In this document: piece by piece, positions 42,653 to 56,539 of the stretch | Numbering within the stretch: the first letter of the stretch is position 1 | Layout of the letters: the number at the start of each line of letters is the position of its first letter | From: Octopus vulgaris | Lineage: Eukaryota | Reading direction: 5' to 3' | NCBI GenBank assembly: GCA_951406725.2 | Contig: OX597817.1 | Span: forward strand, 6,386,001-6,450,000 | Length of the DNA stretch: 64,000 nucleotides | Position numbers and translations under genes: made by a program | Notes under the pieces: model-generated | Told to the model about the DNA's origin: nothing | Database searches by the model: none | The model's input: the letters and a program-made list of their open reading frames with translations, nothing else

Positions 42653-44310
42653 TTTTTGTTGTTTTTGAAGAAGTGTAGCCGGGTTATTGCGAGGACGCCG
42701 TTGTAGGTGAAAAGAAACATTTGAAAATGAAGATTTATGCGGAAGCTGCTGGAGTTTGAGATGATGTGAATCCACGTGGGCTGAAGCAGGAGGAGCTGGA
42801 TTTGGACGAGAAGAAGTTGAGGAAATATCACAGCATGGTAGAGAAGGAAGGCACTAATAGCAAATTGATTATGCCAGAGGATGAAAAGAGAAAATACATG
42901 AACAAAACGGTGATATTCAGAACCTTCTCTATCGAAAACAGAAGAATAGAAAGAGCGCCATAAGAATAGATTGAAGAAATATTACTGAGTAACTATAGGT
43001 AAAGGAGTAATCTTCTTCAAAAGAGGGAAAGAATATAGCACGATAACAGTTTCATTTGCTACAGAAGAGAACGTGATCTTAAACGATGGATAGACGATAG
43101 AAGGAGAAAAATGGATGTTAATAACAGACACTCCAGGAAAAAGGTGTTTCAAAGTAAGAGTGGGAAGAATCCCACCTATGATAGACCCAGAATGGGTAAT
43201 AGCAATTTTCGACTCGAATCTATAGAGGGGAAGCAAGAAACTGGTGATTCACACAGTAAACAGTACTGAAAATATGAATTATGGGGAGTATTACGAAGAC
43301 TTGCCAGAAACGGTAGAATTATCAGCAGGCGAATGACTAGAGATAATGTTGGCAGGGAGACCCCAAAAATGTTACAAATGCGGCGGAAGAGGATACATGA
43401 AAGGACAATACCTTAGTGAAGCTATAGAAATGCTAGAGAGACAAATGATAGAAAGAGAAATAAAGCAAAGAGAAACAGAAAATAATGAGAAGTTGGCGAA
43501 AGTAAAGCAAATAAAGCGAGAAAGGAAAAGGTCTCCAGCGACAATGGAAGTGAAAAGGAGTGGAAAGGGATGGAAAGAGAAACACAACCCACAACAGGAA
43601 ATGCAGAAGATTTCCCAATGGAAGTACCAAGAAAAGAATTAAGACTACAGAGTAACGCAGAACATAAACGAGACAACGGAGAATTGCGAAAACCGAAAGA
43701 CACACACACACACACAGAAGACGAACACAGAACTGCAGTCAAACGAACACAGAGACACACAAATGCAGGAATACGCTGACATACAAACGCAGGACCTCAC
43801 AGACTTGAAGAGGAAAGTACAAGAACAGCAGCAAAAAAAAGGAGGAAAAAGACAACATGAGAAAAAATGCAAAGGAAAATCATAGTGAAATAGGATAAAC
43901 CAAGTGGTAAGTAATGGACACTTATAAAAACTGTGACTGAGAAAAGATTTTCTTGAACTTCGCAATTTTTTTTTAAAAAGGAAATAATGAATAGGTTTAC
44001 TAAAGATTGAACATTAAGATAAACATCTGGTTTTTCTTTTGTTTTTAAAAAAAGGAAAAGTAATAAGGGCTGTATGAAAATAATTTTTTTAAAGTTTATA
44101 ATGGTAAGACAAAAACAAAAGAGAAAGTAACGGTTTCGCCTCGAAGCGAGGCAAGAAGTTGTTTAAAAGTTTAAGTGTTTCTTTTGTTTCAAATAAAAAG
44201 AAAAGATATAAGGACTATATCAACATTGTTTTTTAAAAAAAGTTTATAATGGTATTCACCGTTTCATCTTGCAGCGGAAGCGAGATGGCCGTCTCATTTG
44301 CATTATAAAT
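42653..44310 (+). mobile_element. Second ORF1-only L1/Tx1-like element, degenerate
   Basis: NKTVIFRTFS..KRGKEYSTITVSF..KVRVGRIPPMIDPEWV..GRPQKCYKCGGRGYMKGQ; homologous to 23400-24478; tandem ~140-bp repeats in the 3'UTR; no RT motifs seen. Confidence 0.65.
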
Positions 44311-44341
44311 ATATTTATTCCACATCCATCTTCATACGTTT

Positions 44342-44796
44342 GCAACAGTAGCATCCACTCTTGAGGGTTAGCCACATTTAAGTGGCAAATATACTTCACG
44401 TTGTCGTGCAGCTATTGTTTACGCCTCGCTCAGAGATTTATTATTCCTTGTTTACACTTTTTCGATATCAGTGAATGTTCTTCACTGGAAAAAGGGTATA
44501 TATTTGCAAAGGGGACACACTTTTCATCGGCAATCGGTGATTATCACACGCTGATGACGGATCAATACCCAGAAACTCGAGTCCACGTGTATCATGTCAG
44601 AATGAAGATGGGAAGGATGGCTTCCCTTTTTCAAATACTGATAGGGCATAGACTTTGTGTCAATAGCCAGCTGGAGGAGATGTCCTCCTCTGGCTACAAG
44701 CAACAGTAGCATCCAACCTTAAAGGTTAGCCACATGTAAGTGGCAAATATACTTCACGTTGTCGTGCAGCTATTGTTTACATCTCGCTCAGAGATT

Positions 44797-44802
<6 letters not shown>
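44342..44802 (+). mobile_element. 358-bp monomer with ~100-bp terminal direct repeats and a central hammerhead (pLTR/retrozyme-like)
   Basis: 44342-44443 matches 44700-44802. Confidence 0.6.
44546..44590 (+). ncRNA. Minimal hammerhead ribozyme motif
   Basis: acacg-CTGATGA(44551-57)-cgg atcaatac cca-GAAA(44572-75)-ctcgag-TC-(ca)cgtgt; palindromic helix III; helices I and II imperfect. Confidence 0.6.
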
Positions 44803-44875
<73 letters not shown>

Positions 44876-45428
44876 CATACGTGCATAATAAATACATACA
44901 TGCATACATACATAAATCTGCCTCTATCTTGCTATCAGTGTCTACGGCTGTATATTCAGCAATTTACCTATTTATCATTACCATATGTCTCTCTATATAT
45001 TGTCCTGTCCCTGTTTCAAGCTCTGGCTTTCTCTCTGCAAGGACGTTAGCATAGCTATATAGTCTGTATATATGTGTGCGTGCTATTGAATGTACGCGTG
45101 TGTTAAGGTTCTTCACATCCATTTGTAATCTAGTAGCTCTTCACATATCTACATAAGAATAGAATCACGTTTATAAACAAAACATAATCTTACATCAAAG
45201 ATTAATATATTAGTAGGGAATGGAATGAAAATGTAGCAGACATGTCTATATTATACGACAGGAGATGCAGACTTAGACACACATACACACAAACACGCAC
45301 ACGCACACGCACACACACAAACACACACACAAATACACACACAAATACATATGTATATATATAGCTAAATATACATACATATACATACATATATATACAT
45401 ACATATTTGTGTCTATTTATTTATATAT

Positions 45429-45475
<47 letters not shown>

Positions 45476-46304
45476 TAGATATACAGAATTCTTATTGTTT
45501 ATCATAGTTCGGAGAAACCAGTCAATAACACATCTCACAGTCAATGGATGTTTTTTCTGGATTATTAGATTTGATGCTTGAAGGAGTGGATAGTATATTT
45601 GATAAGAATTTTTTCAAGTAAGTTATATAAAGAGCATCACATCTTTAAAGGAAGTATTGTTTATTTTGGCCCTAAGTGAACGGTAAGATTAACGATGCAT
45701 AAGCAGATAAATACGAAATATATCGCTTAGATATATTTTTAACATAAAAGTTGCTCGCATTGATTGAAAAGAATTCGTTGATTTTATATATAAACATGAA
45801 GAAGATGTATGAGTGTTCAGCACTTGGCGAACAACCTGCACAAATAATTTGTTCGTAGTGATCAAATGAATGTGTTGTACATTGAATTATTGCCTCCATC
45901 AGTTCGACGTTGACCGAATAGGTGCAGGAACAAAATTAACCATCTTAACTACACAGCCATAAACACAAGAACTAATTCACAATAACTGTAACCCTTTAAA
46001 TCATACCATAGCACATAAAATCAATCAGTTATCACAACATATATAGAAGTTCTAAAATAGCAATACACCCAATGTCCAGGGAATTTCCGACAGAATATCA
46101 ATAGAGGATAATCCACAGATCTGAAATCGAAATACTAAAAGCCAAACAGAGGGAGGAACTACCTATCTCTTTATAAAAACATCGGACATGATCCTGTATC
46201 TTGCCGTTGTTGTCTGCAAAGATTAGATAGTGTAAATTGACATCGTAGCGGTAAGTTTATAAACTGAGGTTCTTGCACAACTATTTCAGGTCGCTATATA
46301 TACA

Positions 46305-47153
46305 TTTGGTTGTTTGGAAAATAGTGGCCGATTTAAAAAAAAAGCCTATATTCTTGAAAAACGGAACTTATACAAGTGTTTAATTATTCAAAATATAATC
46401 CCTGAACAGCTATGCATTTCTCCCATCGATTAACAAGGTCCTTTATACCTCTTTATAAAAATCAAAAGGTTTTGATGCCAAGAAATCCTTGAATTTCATT
46501 TCGACATCGGTTTAGGAGTGGAAGGTTTCTTGCCTTAAAAAGTGTCTAGAAGCTTGAAAAGTGGTAAGCCGGTGGGTTAAAGATCAGGAGAATATGGAAG
46601 ATGAAGTAAAGTCTCGTATCCCAAGTAAGTGAACTTCTGAAGTGCCATCCTGGCACATTCACATGGTGCAGAATTGGACCACATCGAGAAACAAGTGCAA
46701 GTCTCATTTTGTTCAAGTGAACGTGCATTTCTTCCAGTTGTTTACGATAAACTTCCGATGCATAATACTCTGTTTAGGTTCCAGAAAACTGTATTCTGTT
46801 CAAACGCTGATCATTAAAGACGGATGGAAGCCTCTACCTCTCATTCTCAGTGTACCGTTTTACCATTCGATCACTAGTGGGCCCTTCACCTCCATGCTCT
46901 GTTGATATTGGCGGCTGTTTGTGAAGCATTATAGCCAAGCTGAAATTCTTGCAAAAAAGGTAACGTCATTTTTTTACATTTTTCCATATTTAAAATTAAG
47001 GATTTCTACATTTCAAAAGTATATCTTGAAAAAATCAATATAAACTCATTAAAGAGTACCCATCACATATTAAGCATGTACAATTTCGTCTAGAACAATA
47101 CAGAAATATCACAAGTATTCGAAAAATCGGACAGTATTTTCCAAACAACCTAA
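46305..47153 (-). mobile_element. Mariner-type transposon, internally deleted, with TIRs
   Basis: TIRs ttggttgtttggaaaatagtggccgattt / aaatcggacagtattttccaaacaaccta; minus strand HLPYSPDL motif. Confidence 0.8.
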
Positions 47154-47760
47154 TTGATGTGGTAACGATCAACGACCCCAGAGTGTCCGATCCACAAGCT
47201 TTCATGCTCTTTTTGGATAAATTCCAGGTTTGCGGCTGTGTTACTTCTTGGGCCCAATAGGTAACAAAGTGGTTCTGAATGTGGTCTGTAGAAAATACGG
47301 TATTTCAGAAAAGTGATTCCGCTCAGGAGAAAAGGGGGCACACACATAACAGGTTTGTACGGCTTTGAAATAACATTCGCTACTGTGTTGAGAACGAAGA
47401 GTGCGCCGGAACGCAGGCTGGATTTCAGTGCCTACCTCGAATGAAAATGTTTTGATATTATTGAGCACCAGCAATTAGCGGCTGTTCACACGGCAACTAG
47501 TTTCAGCCCCATCTTTCGTTGTTTGTTTGCAGCACTGTACAGCAAAATCTGTTCGGTAGTTCCGGTGAATGGTCATCTATCGTATCCAATCAGAATTCAC
47601 CGCTCGGTGAGTCATATTTGTCCCACATCGTCTTTTCTGTATCTACTGACTCTATAAATACTACCACTGGTATTAGAGTCGTTGAGAGGCGTCACACGGG
47701 GATTAGGACGTGAGAGAACCACTCTTGGCAAATAAAAATAATTTGAATTATATACACATA

Positions 47761-48159
47761 CTAGCAGTATCGCCCGGCGTTGCTCGGGTTTGTAAGGGAA
47801 ATAACTATATAAGCATTTTTAGAGAGTTATAGACAAAAAATAGCAAAAAAATGCATTAAAAATGGAAAAAAAATAATGGTATTTTTTTTTTAAATCATTG
47901 ACTCATCGTAGACATTTTAAGAGAGTTACTTCCCTTATATAATAGCGAAGAAATGCATTAAAATGGAAAAAATGATGGTAAAGCTTTTTAAAAATCGTGG
48001 ACTCATCGTAGACGCGCGCAAATACCCAGAAGGGCTCGATATGAATCACGACTATAAGATACCCGGTTTTGGTAAAACTGCACCGCAATATGTGGGAGTA
48101 GTTAGGAATCTAAATCGTAGGAGACAGACACCACACAACCTTACTTTTATATATAAAGA
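47761..48159 (-). mobile_element. Non-autonomous Helitron
   Basis: Minus strand begins TC (tctttatatataaaag), ends acccgagcaacgccgggc hairpin + CTAG, inserted between A and T. Confidence 0.8.
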
Positions 48160-48879
48160 TATCATCTGTGTGTGTGTATGTGTGTACGTATGCGCTCGAG
48201 TGCTTAAGCTGGCCGAAATATCAAAGCCATTGTCAATAACATTCTATTTTAAGAATAATAATTTTACACTCTAGAAAAGGATGGGGAAACCCATCGGAGA
48301 AATGTAAAATTGTTCTTATAAAAATAAGCTTATACTTACATACATATGTGTGTGTGAGTGCATACGTGTATGTGTGTATGTGTGTGTGTGTGCGTGTGTT
48401 TACAGATGCATGTATGTGTTTTGTGCATACACACGTAAAACATTACGCGTTTACATACGTTGCTCCCGTTGGAACGCCTGATCTGCTGTGACAAGCGACG
48501 CATGGTAGAAGCGAACATTCCAGCCATGTGAGTCTCTCTCTCTTGGTTTCGATTCTACATTGTTACTATTTTAATTATACAACGCTGACGTCTTTAATGT
48601 TTTTCTTACGACTACGTGCGGTACACATTCTAATTATTCCATTCATTTTAAATCTGATGTCTTATTCCTGTTTCAGAAATCAATATATTGACTGTCTGTA
48701 GTTATCGTATAAACTATTCAACAACACAGTTCCTGGCACAAATCCCCATTTCCTGTGCCTTATAGTGATTAAGTGATTAATTCGCGAGAAGGAGGAATAG
48801 CGGAAACCGGAAGTGCCATTTGTGGTTAAATAGTCCACACGAATATACAACCAAGTAATCGTCTTACCATCACGTTGAC

Positions 48880-49175
48880 ATCATCATCATCACCACAACC
48901 ACCACAACCACCACAACCACCAACATTACCACCACCATCATCATCATCATCATTAATATCATAATCATAGCCGACGGCATCATTACAATGAAAGTGGCGG
49001 TCACTATTATCGTCGTCGTCATCATCGTCATTATTTCATCATTACCATCACCCTCACCACCACCATCATCATCACTACCAACTCCATAGCACCACTACTA
49101 CCAATGCCCTCCCACTCCTACTCCTGTCCCTCATCATCATCATCATCGTCAGTATCATCATGAACATCATCATTC
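48880..49175. repeat. (CAT/CAC)n compound microsatellite
   Basis: Direct inspection. Confidence 0.9.
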
Positions 49176-49198
49176 ATCGAGCTGTTTTGTCGAGCAAC

Positions 49199-49430
49199 GG
49201 CGGCGAGCTGGCAGAAACGTTAGCACGATGGGCGAAATGCGTAGCCGTATTTCGTCTGTCGTTACGTTCTGAGTTCAAATTCCGCCGAGGTCGACTTTGC
49301 CTTTCATCCTTTCGGGGTCGATAAATAAAGTACCAGTTTCCCACTGGGGTCGATGTAATCGACTTAATTCCTTTGTCTGTCTTTGTTTGTCCCCTCTATG
49401 TTTAGCCCCTTGTGGGCAGTAAAGAAATAC
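49199..49430 (+). mobile_element. SINE family B
   Basis: ggcggcgagctggcagaaacgttagc..aaagaaata. Confidence 0.85.
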
Positions 49431-50897
49431 ATTTTCATTGTCGTTGCGGTTGCTATCAACCAAATCATGATCATCACCATCATTATTATCAACGTCGTTG
49501 CCAACGTGGCTCTAACTGCGGACGTCTGTATCCCCTTGAAATGATTTGTCGGACCCTTTTCCCACAACTACTGCAATCACACAACCTCAAGAGCCAGCGA
49601 AATTGATTCTTTCTTCTCTGTCACCCTTAACCTGCCACCTCATCAGCGACTAAGTTGAGATGAAGATTTCTATCCCTTTATGCAATTCCCAGAAGGCATC
49701 TGGTTGCATGATGTGATGTGCGTGATATTAATGTCAGAGCTGTTAGGTTTTAGATGTAGTTTATATCAAATTCGTTATTCACTTTCTGTATGTGTGGAGC
49801 TAAGTAAACGTACAAGACTGAATTTGTACGATAATATGTCAGTGTAAAATAAACTATTTTCTGTGTTATTCAGTTAAAGATTTAGGATTTAATGTTGGAC
49901 TAAACCTCTGATCAAAAGTAATCTATCTAAAATATTAGAAATAAATTCCTCCCTCCTTTGAAGTGAAGGCAGGTTTTAGTTCTAAGAATATTTGCTTCCT
50001 ATGTTTGATAGGTCAAATAGTTGTATAAATACTACATTCGCCGTTAGTTAAGTTATGAACATTTTAGGTTTAGGGAGTAAAATAATTTAGAGTGCCTTAG
50101 CATATCTTTAGATTCAGGGAATCTTGTGATCCTTAATGACTGATAAGGAATTTATGAAAAATCAAAAAAAAAAAAAATTGATGTAAGATGGTCCAAGTAT
50201 TTTGTAGATCATTCTTCAAGTAATATAATGGCTTCCGTCTGATTAAAGGTTTTGATTAAGTTATCGATGATAGACGTGATAGAACCTGAGGACTCCTAGT
50301 AATATAATACATTTCAGGCGTGAGTGATCTGTAAATTTTGATAATCTATGTACCCTAAATATAATATACGCACACACAGACAGACACACACACAAACGCA
50401 CACATAAACACAAACACACACATACTCACACACATGCATACACACATACATATGTATATACATGCATGCATGCATGCATATATACATGCATGCATACATA
50501 CTTGCATACACACATATAATTATTAATCTTGGTTATCTATCAATCTCGAAATAGACAAAGCTATAAATATAACGTGTATAATAGTGCGTTGTAAAGAAAC
50601 ATTTAAATGGAAAATGTGGAAGGCTGCGCGTGAGTTCTTAACTAAAATCTTGAAAAGATATGGAAGACTTTCTCACATTATAACAAAACAGAACTTCGAA
50701 ATTTCTCCATCCAAGGGTTTTTGGAACACGCTATTATATTATATTATAGTATGTATGTATGTATGTATGTATGTATGTATGTATGTATGTATGTATGTAT
50801 GTATGTATGTATGCATGCATGTATGTATGTATCTATTCATGTATGTATCTATCTTTGAGCTGAAACCAATAAAAAACAATATATATATACGCGTGTG

Positions 50898-50946
<49 letters not shown>

Positions 50947-51412
50947 CTGTATATATATATATATGTAAGTATGTATGCATGTATAAATATTTTATAATTA
51001 TATACGTAATTATAACAAGGCCTTGGCTTGTGCCTCACTACGCACTGGAAAATAGACCTCAAAAGACAATATTGCTACCATAAATCCTACGAGAAAAACA
51101 CACTATATAATAGGCTAGCAAAAGAAAGAAAATTAATTTAAAAGCGCCGTTATTATATATAATTCTTCTCTCTCTCTCTCTCTCACTCTCTCTCCCTCCC
51201 TCTTTCGCTTTTTGTATAAATATACGGTTTTAGCTTGCGGCCACTAACTTTCATATCTCCAAACTGGAGACGAACACCATTCTTCCAAGTGATCGGATTG
51301 GAAATTGTTTTCTTACCATGGAACCAATGGTAACCTTAATACACAAACATATTGCATCTTCCAATGCAGAGCTGGGCACTCATACTCTTCGTTCACCATT
51401 TCTCTCTCTCCC

Positions 51413-51455
<43 letters not shown>

Positions 51456-51499
51456 CGAACTCTCCCGTTGATTTCCATGTATGAAGCCCTAGTGGTTTA

Positions 51500-52150
51500 A
51501 TATAATTTGTATAACTTGTGTTTGTGTCTGATGTGACTTTAATCCAGCTAAAGATTTGAAAGATTTTCCAATCTGTGGACAAGACACTGAACTACCACGA
51601 TAACCCGCTGGTGTCGCATTTCTGTATTTTACCCTAGTTCTCTTTTGTTGAAGATTAATCAAACGTTCACATTCGAAGTTTCGAATTGCTTCAAAAACTC
51701 ATTGATCTCCATTTACGTCGCTCTTGAGCAACAAGCGCTTCAAAGTAATCAAGAGGAACATCTGTGCGTTTGAGATTTCTCCTCCAGTTTTCCCTTAAAG
51801 TGAAGCCAGAGCCTTTCAATATTTCTTTTACCTTCATAAAGCCGACTGTACAAAAGACGCTTTGGAATCCTGCTTACGTACATGTGCATGGCATGTCTCG
51901 CCCAACGAAGTTGTGATCGCATAAACAAATCATATACTGCCTTCAAAATTACATTTGATAAAAGTTCAACATTGGTGATTCAACCATCAAGATTAGGTCC
52001 CAAACTGGCCGAAGACACCACTTGTAGAAGACATCAAGCTGATTGATTTGTGACCGGTAAGGAAACCCTGACTCAGTACCATACAGTAGAGTAGATAAGA
52101 TGATTGCACGGTAAACATTGATGACGCTTGTTTTCAATGAAATTTCTCCT
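51500..52150 (-). mobile_element. RTE (BovB-like) LINE 3' remnant; copy at ~58470-59125
   Basis: VYRAIILSTLLYGTES, LRWARHAMHM..RIPKRLLYSRLYEGKRN, terminal C..GLKSH-like motif. Confidence 0.75.
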
Positions 52151-54303
52151 TGCTCTAGGTCCGGTGACGATGTTTACCTAAAGAATCGGTAATTATATAT
52201 ATATATATAAACCATAGAATTCTCTTCAGGTCAAGCAAATATAATTTCTTAGATTACTTTATGGCATTGGTTGTGTAATATTTTCAATAAATACATAACA
52301 CTGTTTCTATGTTCGGAATGCACGCTCTTATACTACAATATTTGTGTTGATAAATACCCAACTTAATCCTATTTGAAAATATCAGTGTGAAATATTTGTT
52401 CTCGCCTAAAAATTTCGCCTATTATTTCGTTTCTCATTTCTTATATATTTAGAACTCGGTATGATTTTTTGAAGGTTGTTTGAGGAACATGAGGATACTA
52501 TTTTTAGCAGTTCAGTCGACCATGTACAGATTGTTAGAGGAATACTTAAGCAGTGGATCTGGATGAAATGATCACTTACTAACTTTAAGAAAAAATGATT
52601 TAAGTATAGCCGTGTGGATTACTTTCATTTACTTTCATTGGCTTTGTGAAGAAGTAGTAGAGTAGGAAAGAGAGAAATTGACATTGCTGTGAACGGGCGC
52701 GCCGTTGCGCGTTTCAGAAATTAAGTAATAATTACTAGTTGGCAGATAAATCACCTGGAAAGACAAGGTCTAAAATAAGGCAGAAGATGTTGTAATTAAT
52801 TTAGTATATAGGGATTTTGTGGCAACCCCCCACACTGAAGTAAAATTCTGTCGTTTGAATCCCCACTTCATTAAACTAGAAATAGAAACGCTGGATAATT
52901 TGCAACACTTCTCGGACTTTTATTTCAGACACTGCGAAAGTTAACTAAAAAATAGTTTCGAACTAGTGTGCAAATGTTAACTATAAAAATACATCCAAAG
53001 CCTCTCTTGTAATTAATGCGTATAGTTCTTTTAATTAAAGAAAACGTGCATTTGAAAATGTTATGGGAATTAAAATGAATGAAATAAAATTATAGGATTG
53101 ATTATATTGATTTATGGTATTGCGGAAAAAATGTTGAGTATAATTTAGAAGACACAGGCAATATACAACTATAATGAGAAAAAGCTAATAGTAATAATAT
53201 TTATTTGATTATGAGAGCAATATTATAAATAAAAAGAACAATAATAATGGACGTCTTCCCAGCCAGAATCAAATCGAAAATAAATCTAACATATGCAAAA
53301 CGAAGTATAATAACTAAAGGACGATGAATTAAAATAATGCAGAGCAGTGGACAATAGCAGTCGAACTAGAGGTTACGCTAATGTAAATATGAAGAAAGAT
53401 TTTACTGTAGAAAATGATACATATGTAAATTTTAAATATGATAAAAATCGAAATGCACAAATTCGGAATTGAAACAGATAAAATACCTCTTGGAATGAAG
53501 AAAGATCCTCTTCAAATTAAAGCAAACCGACCAAGTAGCGTTTTAAATAACAAAGGCCGCATTGAAAATCTCTGCAAAAACCTCATTATAGTTAACCGCG
53601 GTCATTTCTACCAAACCTGTTCACATATAAACATGTTCACGAAGGTAGGCCACGTGAAAAACCACATATAAGGAATTATATAATATAGCAGAGGAATATA
53701 TGATAATACTTATTATATTCAAGAACGAAATTACTCAAAAGGAAAGGAGAAATACACTACAAACTAAGAATTACACTAGATGAAAGAAAGACTAATAAGT
53801 GAGACCTTTGCCATCGCAAAATTTTGTCGCTATTTAGAAAACAAACACCACTTACTTAGAAAACAACAAATAGTTCCAATGTAAGTCAAAAAATGGTACT
53901 AAGAAGCGTAGCACAATTTTAGAGAAGGTTTCGAAACAAAGTGTTTGTCACATAAAATAATACCCCAAACAATATTTTGATTGTGTAGAAAGCTAAATGG
54001 ATGGTATAGGTAGTGTTGAATGTCTTTTGGTGTGTTCCAAATGTATTTAAATATTTTGGAATCGATATATATAAATATTGAGATTAAATATTAGGTTCCT
54101 TGAGTTATTCAACTTCAAACGCTGTAGTTCATAAAGGCATGGGATCTTGACCGGCAGATTTAGAAAATATTTTTTTGTAAATAAACACTTTCAAACTTCG
54201 TGTACTGGTAGAATGTGTCATATAAAACATCTTTTACTATTTGCGTTTTTGAGAAAAGTTTATATTTACGAAGTTATTTCGTGTTAAAATTGTCGTATTT
54301 CGG

Positions 54304-54850
54304 TAATTTCAACCAATCAATGACGTGTATTCAGCTGAATAAAATTACAGCTGTTGTTTATCAACAACAACTTCCGGTGGTGTATATTTCGTTTGTCACT
54401 GTTATTTATGACATACGTTCGTATGAATAAACGAGTGTATCTGAAGCATGTTTACTTCATGGCACCACCATAATTGTTCGTGCATTTCTACTGCTTTTAG
54501 TTTTTTTCCTGTTTTTCAGCTACTATTTTCGGAAAGCCTTTTTTGCCCCCTCCCCTACACCTCCAATTTCTTAACATTTCATTTTTTCTTAACTCTAACC
54601 CTAAAACCCCAAACCTAACACTAACCCTAGAACCTTAACCCTAACCCTAAAACCCTACACCCTAACCCTAACCCTAAAACTCTAACCCTAACCCTAAAAC
54701 CTTAAAGCTAGTACAAACGCCAGTACAAACGCACGAACAATGTCATAAATAACAGTGACAAACGAAATATGCACCGCCTATAGTTGTTATTGACAAGCAA
54801 CAGCTGTAATTTTATTCACCTCAATACACGTCATTGATTGGTTGAAATTA
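54304..54850. mobile_element. Foldback/MITE-like element with ~120-bp IRs enclosing a telomere-like (CCCTAA)n tract; copy at 61287-61827
   Basis: IR 54304-54423 / 54733-54850; degenerate CCCTAA/CCCTAAAA repeats 54590-54705. Confidence 0.75.
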
Positions 54851-56164
54851 TCCATAATTGAATGAATATGCTTATACATATGTTCTGTTCACCACTCTCA
54901 CTCAATTTGCAGTTAATTTCATGGAGAACAAGAAATCACCTTCCATCGTACTTTCCTCTGAAAGTAGAAATTGCTTGAGAGCTAGAACTGAAAATGCATT
55001 CCTCGGGGGTCTTTGAAGTGTCACTTTTCCCCGTATTTCGATAGCAAGAAAATTCCCTTCCTTTCTCAGACACAGGTCGTTTTAAAAAAAAAGAAAAAAA
55101 AAACGAAATTACTCGTAATAAACACGTGAACAATTGCGTTTCCTGGTCAGTGCTGTTATGTTTAGGTCCTTGTAAATTGCCATTTCGGCAAAAGAGTTCA
55201 ATACCTGACGCATAAAGGGTTGAGGTGAACCGTCCCATCTATATCTTCCAAGATGTTTACAATTCAATGACTGAAGCAAGTCCAAACGATAAAAAAAATT
55301 CTGTGTGTGTGAGCGCGTGCGTGTGTTTGTGTGTTTGTGTATATGTGTGACTGTGTATATGTGTATATGTCCATGCGCGTGTGTTTGTGAAACTTACAGT
55401 GCGTAAGTTTATACAAAAATATATTGGTAAAAGTAAAATAAAGAAAAGACGTGAGAGAACTATGGAAAGAGCAGACGAAAGTTCGTTCGGATATGAGAGA
55501 AAGAGGTTGGTGAGAAAGTAAACGATAATAGAATCATTCTTCATGATAGAAATATTGATGTATGGGGAAAAAATGACAAACGGGAACTAGTTTTTGGCTT
55601 CGTTACTAGTGAGTTTCCCTGACAACAGCAACGTCATTTATACGTCATAACTACGTAATAAGGAGAGACGAAAGCCACCTCATAGTCACAGACAATTTAA
55701 CGATTTTATTACACCCATTAAAATATGGTAGCAGGCAGTGATGGATGTAAGTATGGGAGCGGGGATGAAAGTAATGTAGAACCGACGCAGAGGATCAATA
55801 TTTGCTGATGCCAATTCGTACTATACCATCAACATTCTTTTAATATTTCAAATGTACACCACATGGGATTTTTCTCACACACTTTACTAAAACCAATGTA
55901 AAGTATGATTTCTCTTATGAAATTTCGACATCCACGTCTGTAGAAGTTCCTGATATTGGAAATAATCATAGTAGTAGTAATGATGAGATTGATAGCATAA
56001 GTGATGATGAGTGGAGAAGGAAAGGGGGCGGATAAAAGACGTTATATACATCAGTAAAATTAAAAGAAATAGGATTGCCATCACTGCCAAGCAGCGAGCT
56101 GACAGTATTTTTAGCCCGCCGGGTTACAAGCTTAGTTGTATTCCGTCGGTATTTACGTTCTTGG

Positions 56165-56400
56165 GGAGAGCTGGCAGAAACGTTAGCACGTCGGGCGAAA
56201 TGCTTAGCGGTATTTCGTCTGCCGTAACATTCTGAGTTCAAATTCCACCGAGGTCGACTTTACCTTTCATCCTCTCGGGGTCGATAAATTAAGTACCAGT
56301 TACGCACTGGGGTCGATGTAATCGACTTAATACCTATGTCTGTCCTTGTTTGTCCCCTCTACGTTTAGCCCCTTGTGGGTAATAAAGAAATAGGTATTTA
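56165..56400 (+). mobile_element. SINE family B (copy at 63138-63373)
   Basis: gagctggcagaaacgttagcacgtcgggcgaaatgc.. Confidence 0.85.
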
Positions 56401-56539
56401 CGTTCTTGGTTCAAATTTCAGCGAGTGAAGTTTGCCTCATATAAATTCGGGATCTATAAGATAAGCAACAGTTATGTACTGAGGTCGGCATGTTTGACTT
56501 AGCCCATGTTTCAAACCCGTTGACCCTGTGCCAAACTTT

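Noticed and set aside
47580-47665. CCAAT + TGAGTCA + TATAAATA promoter
   Set aside because: Short motifs expected by chance; no associated gene and possibly within a TE relic
54590-54705. True telomere or chromosome fusion site
   Set aside because: Short, degenerate, single orientation and enclosed by element IRs
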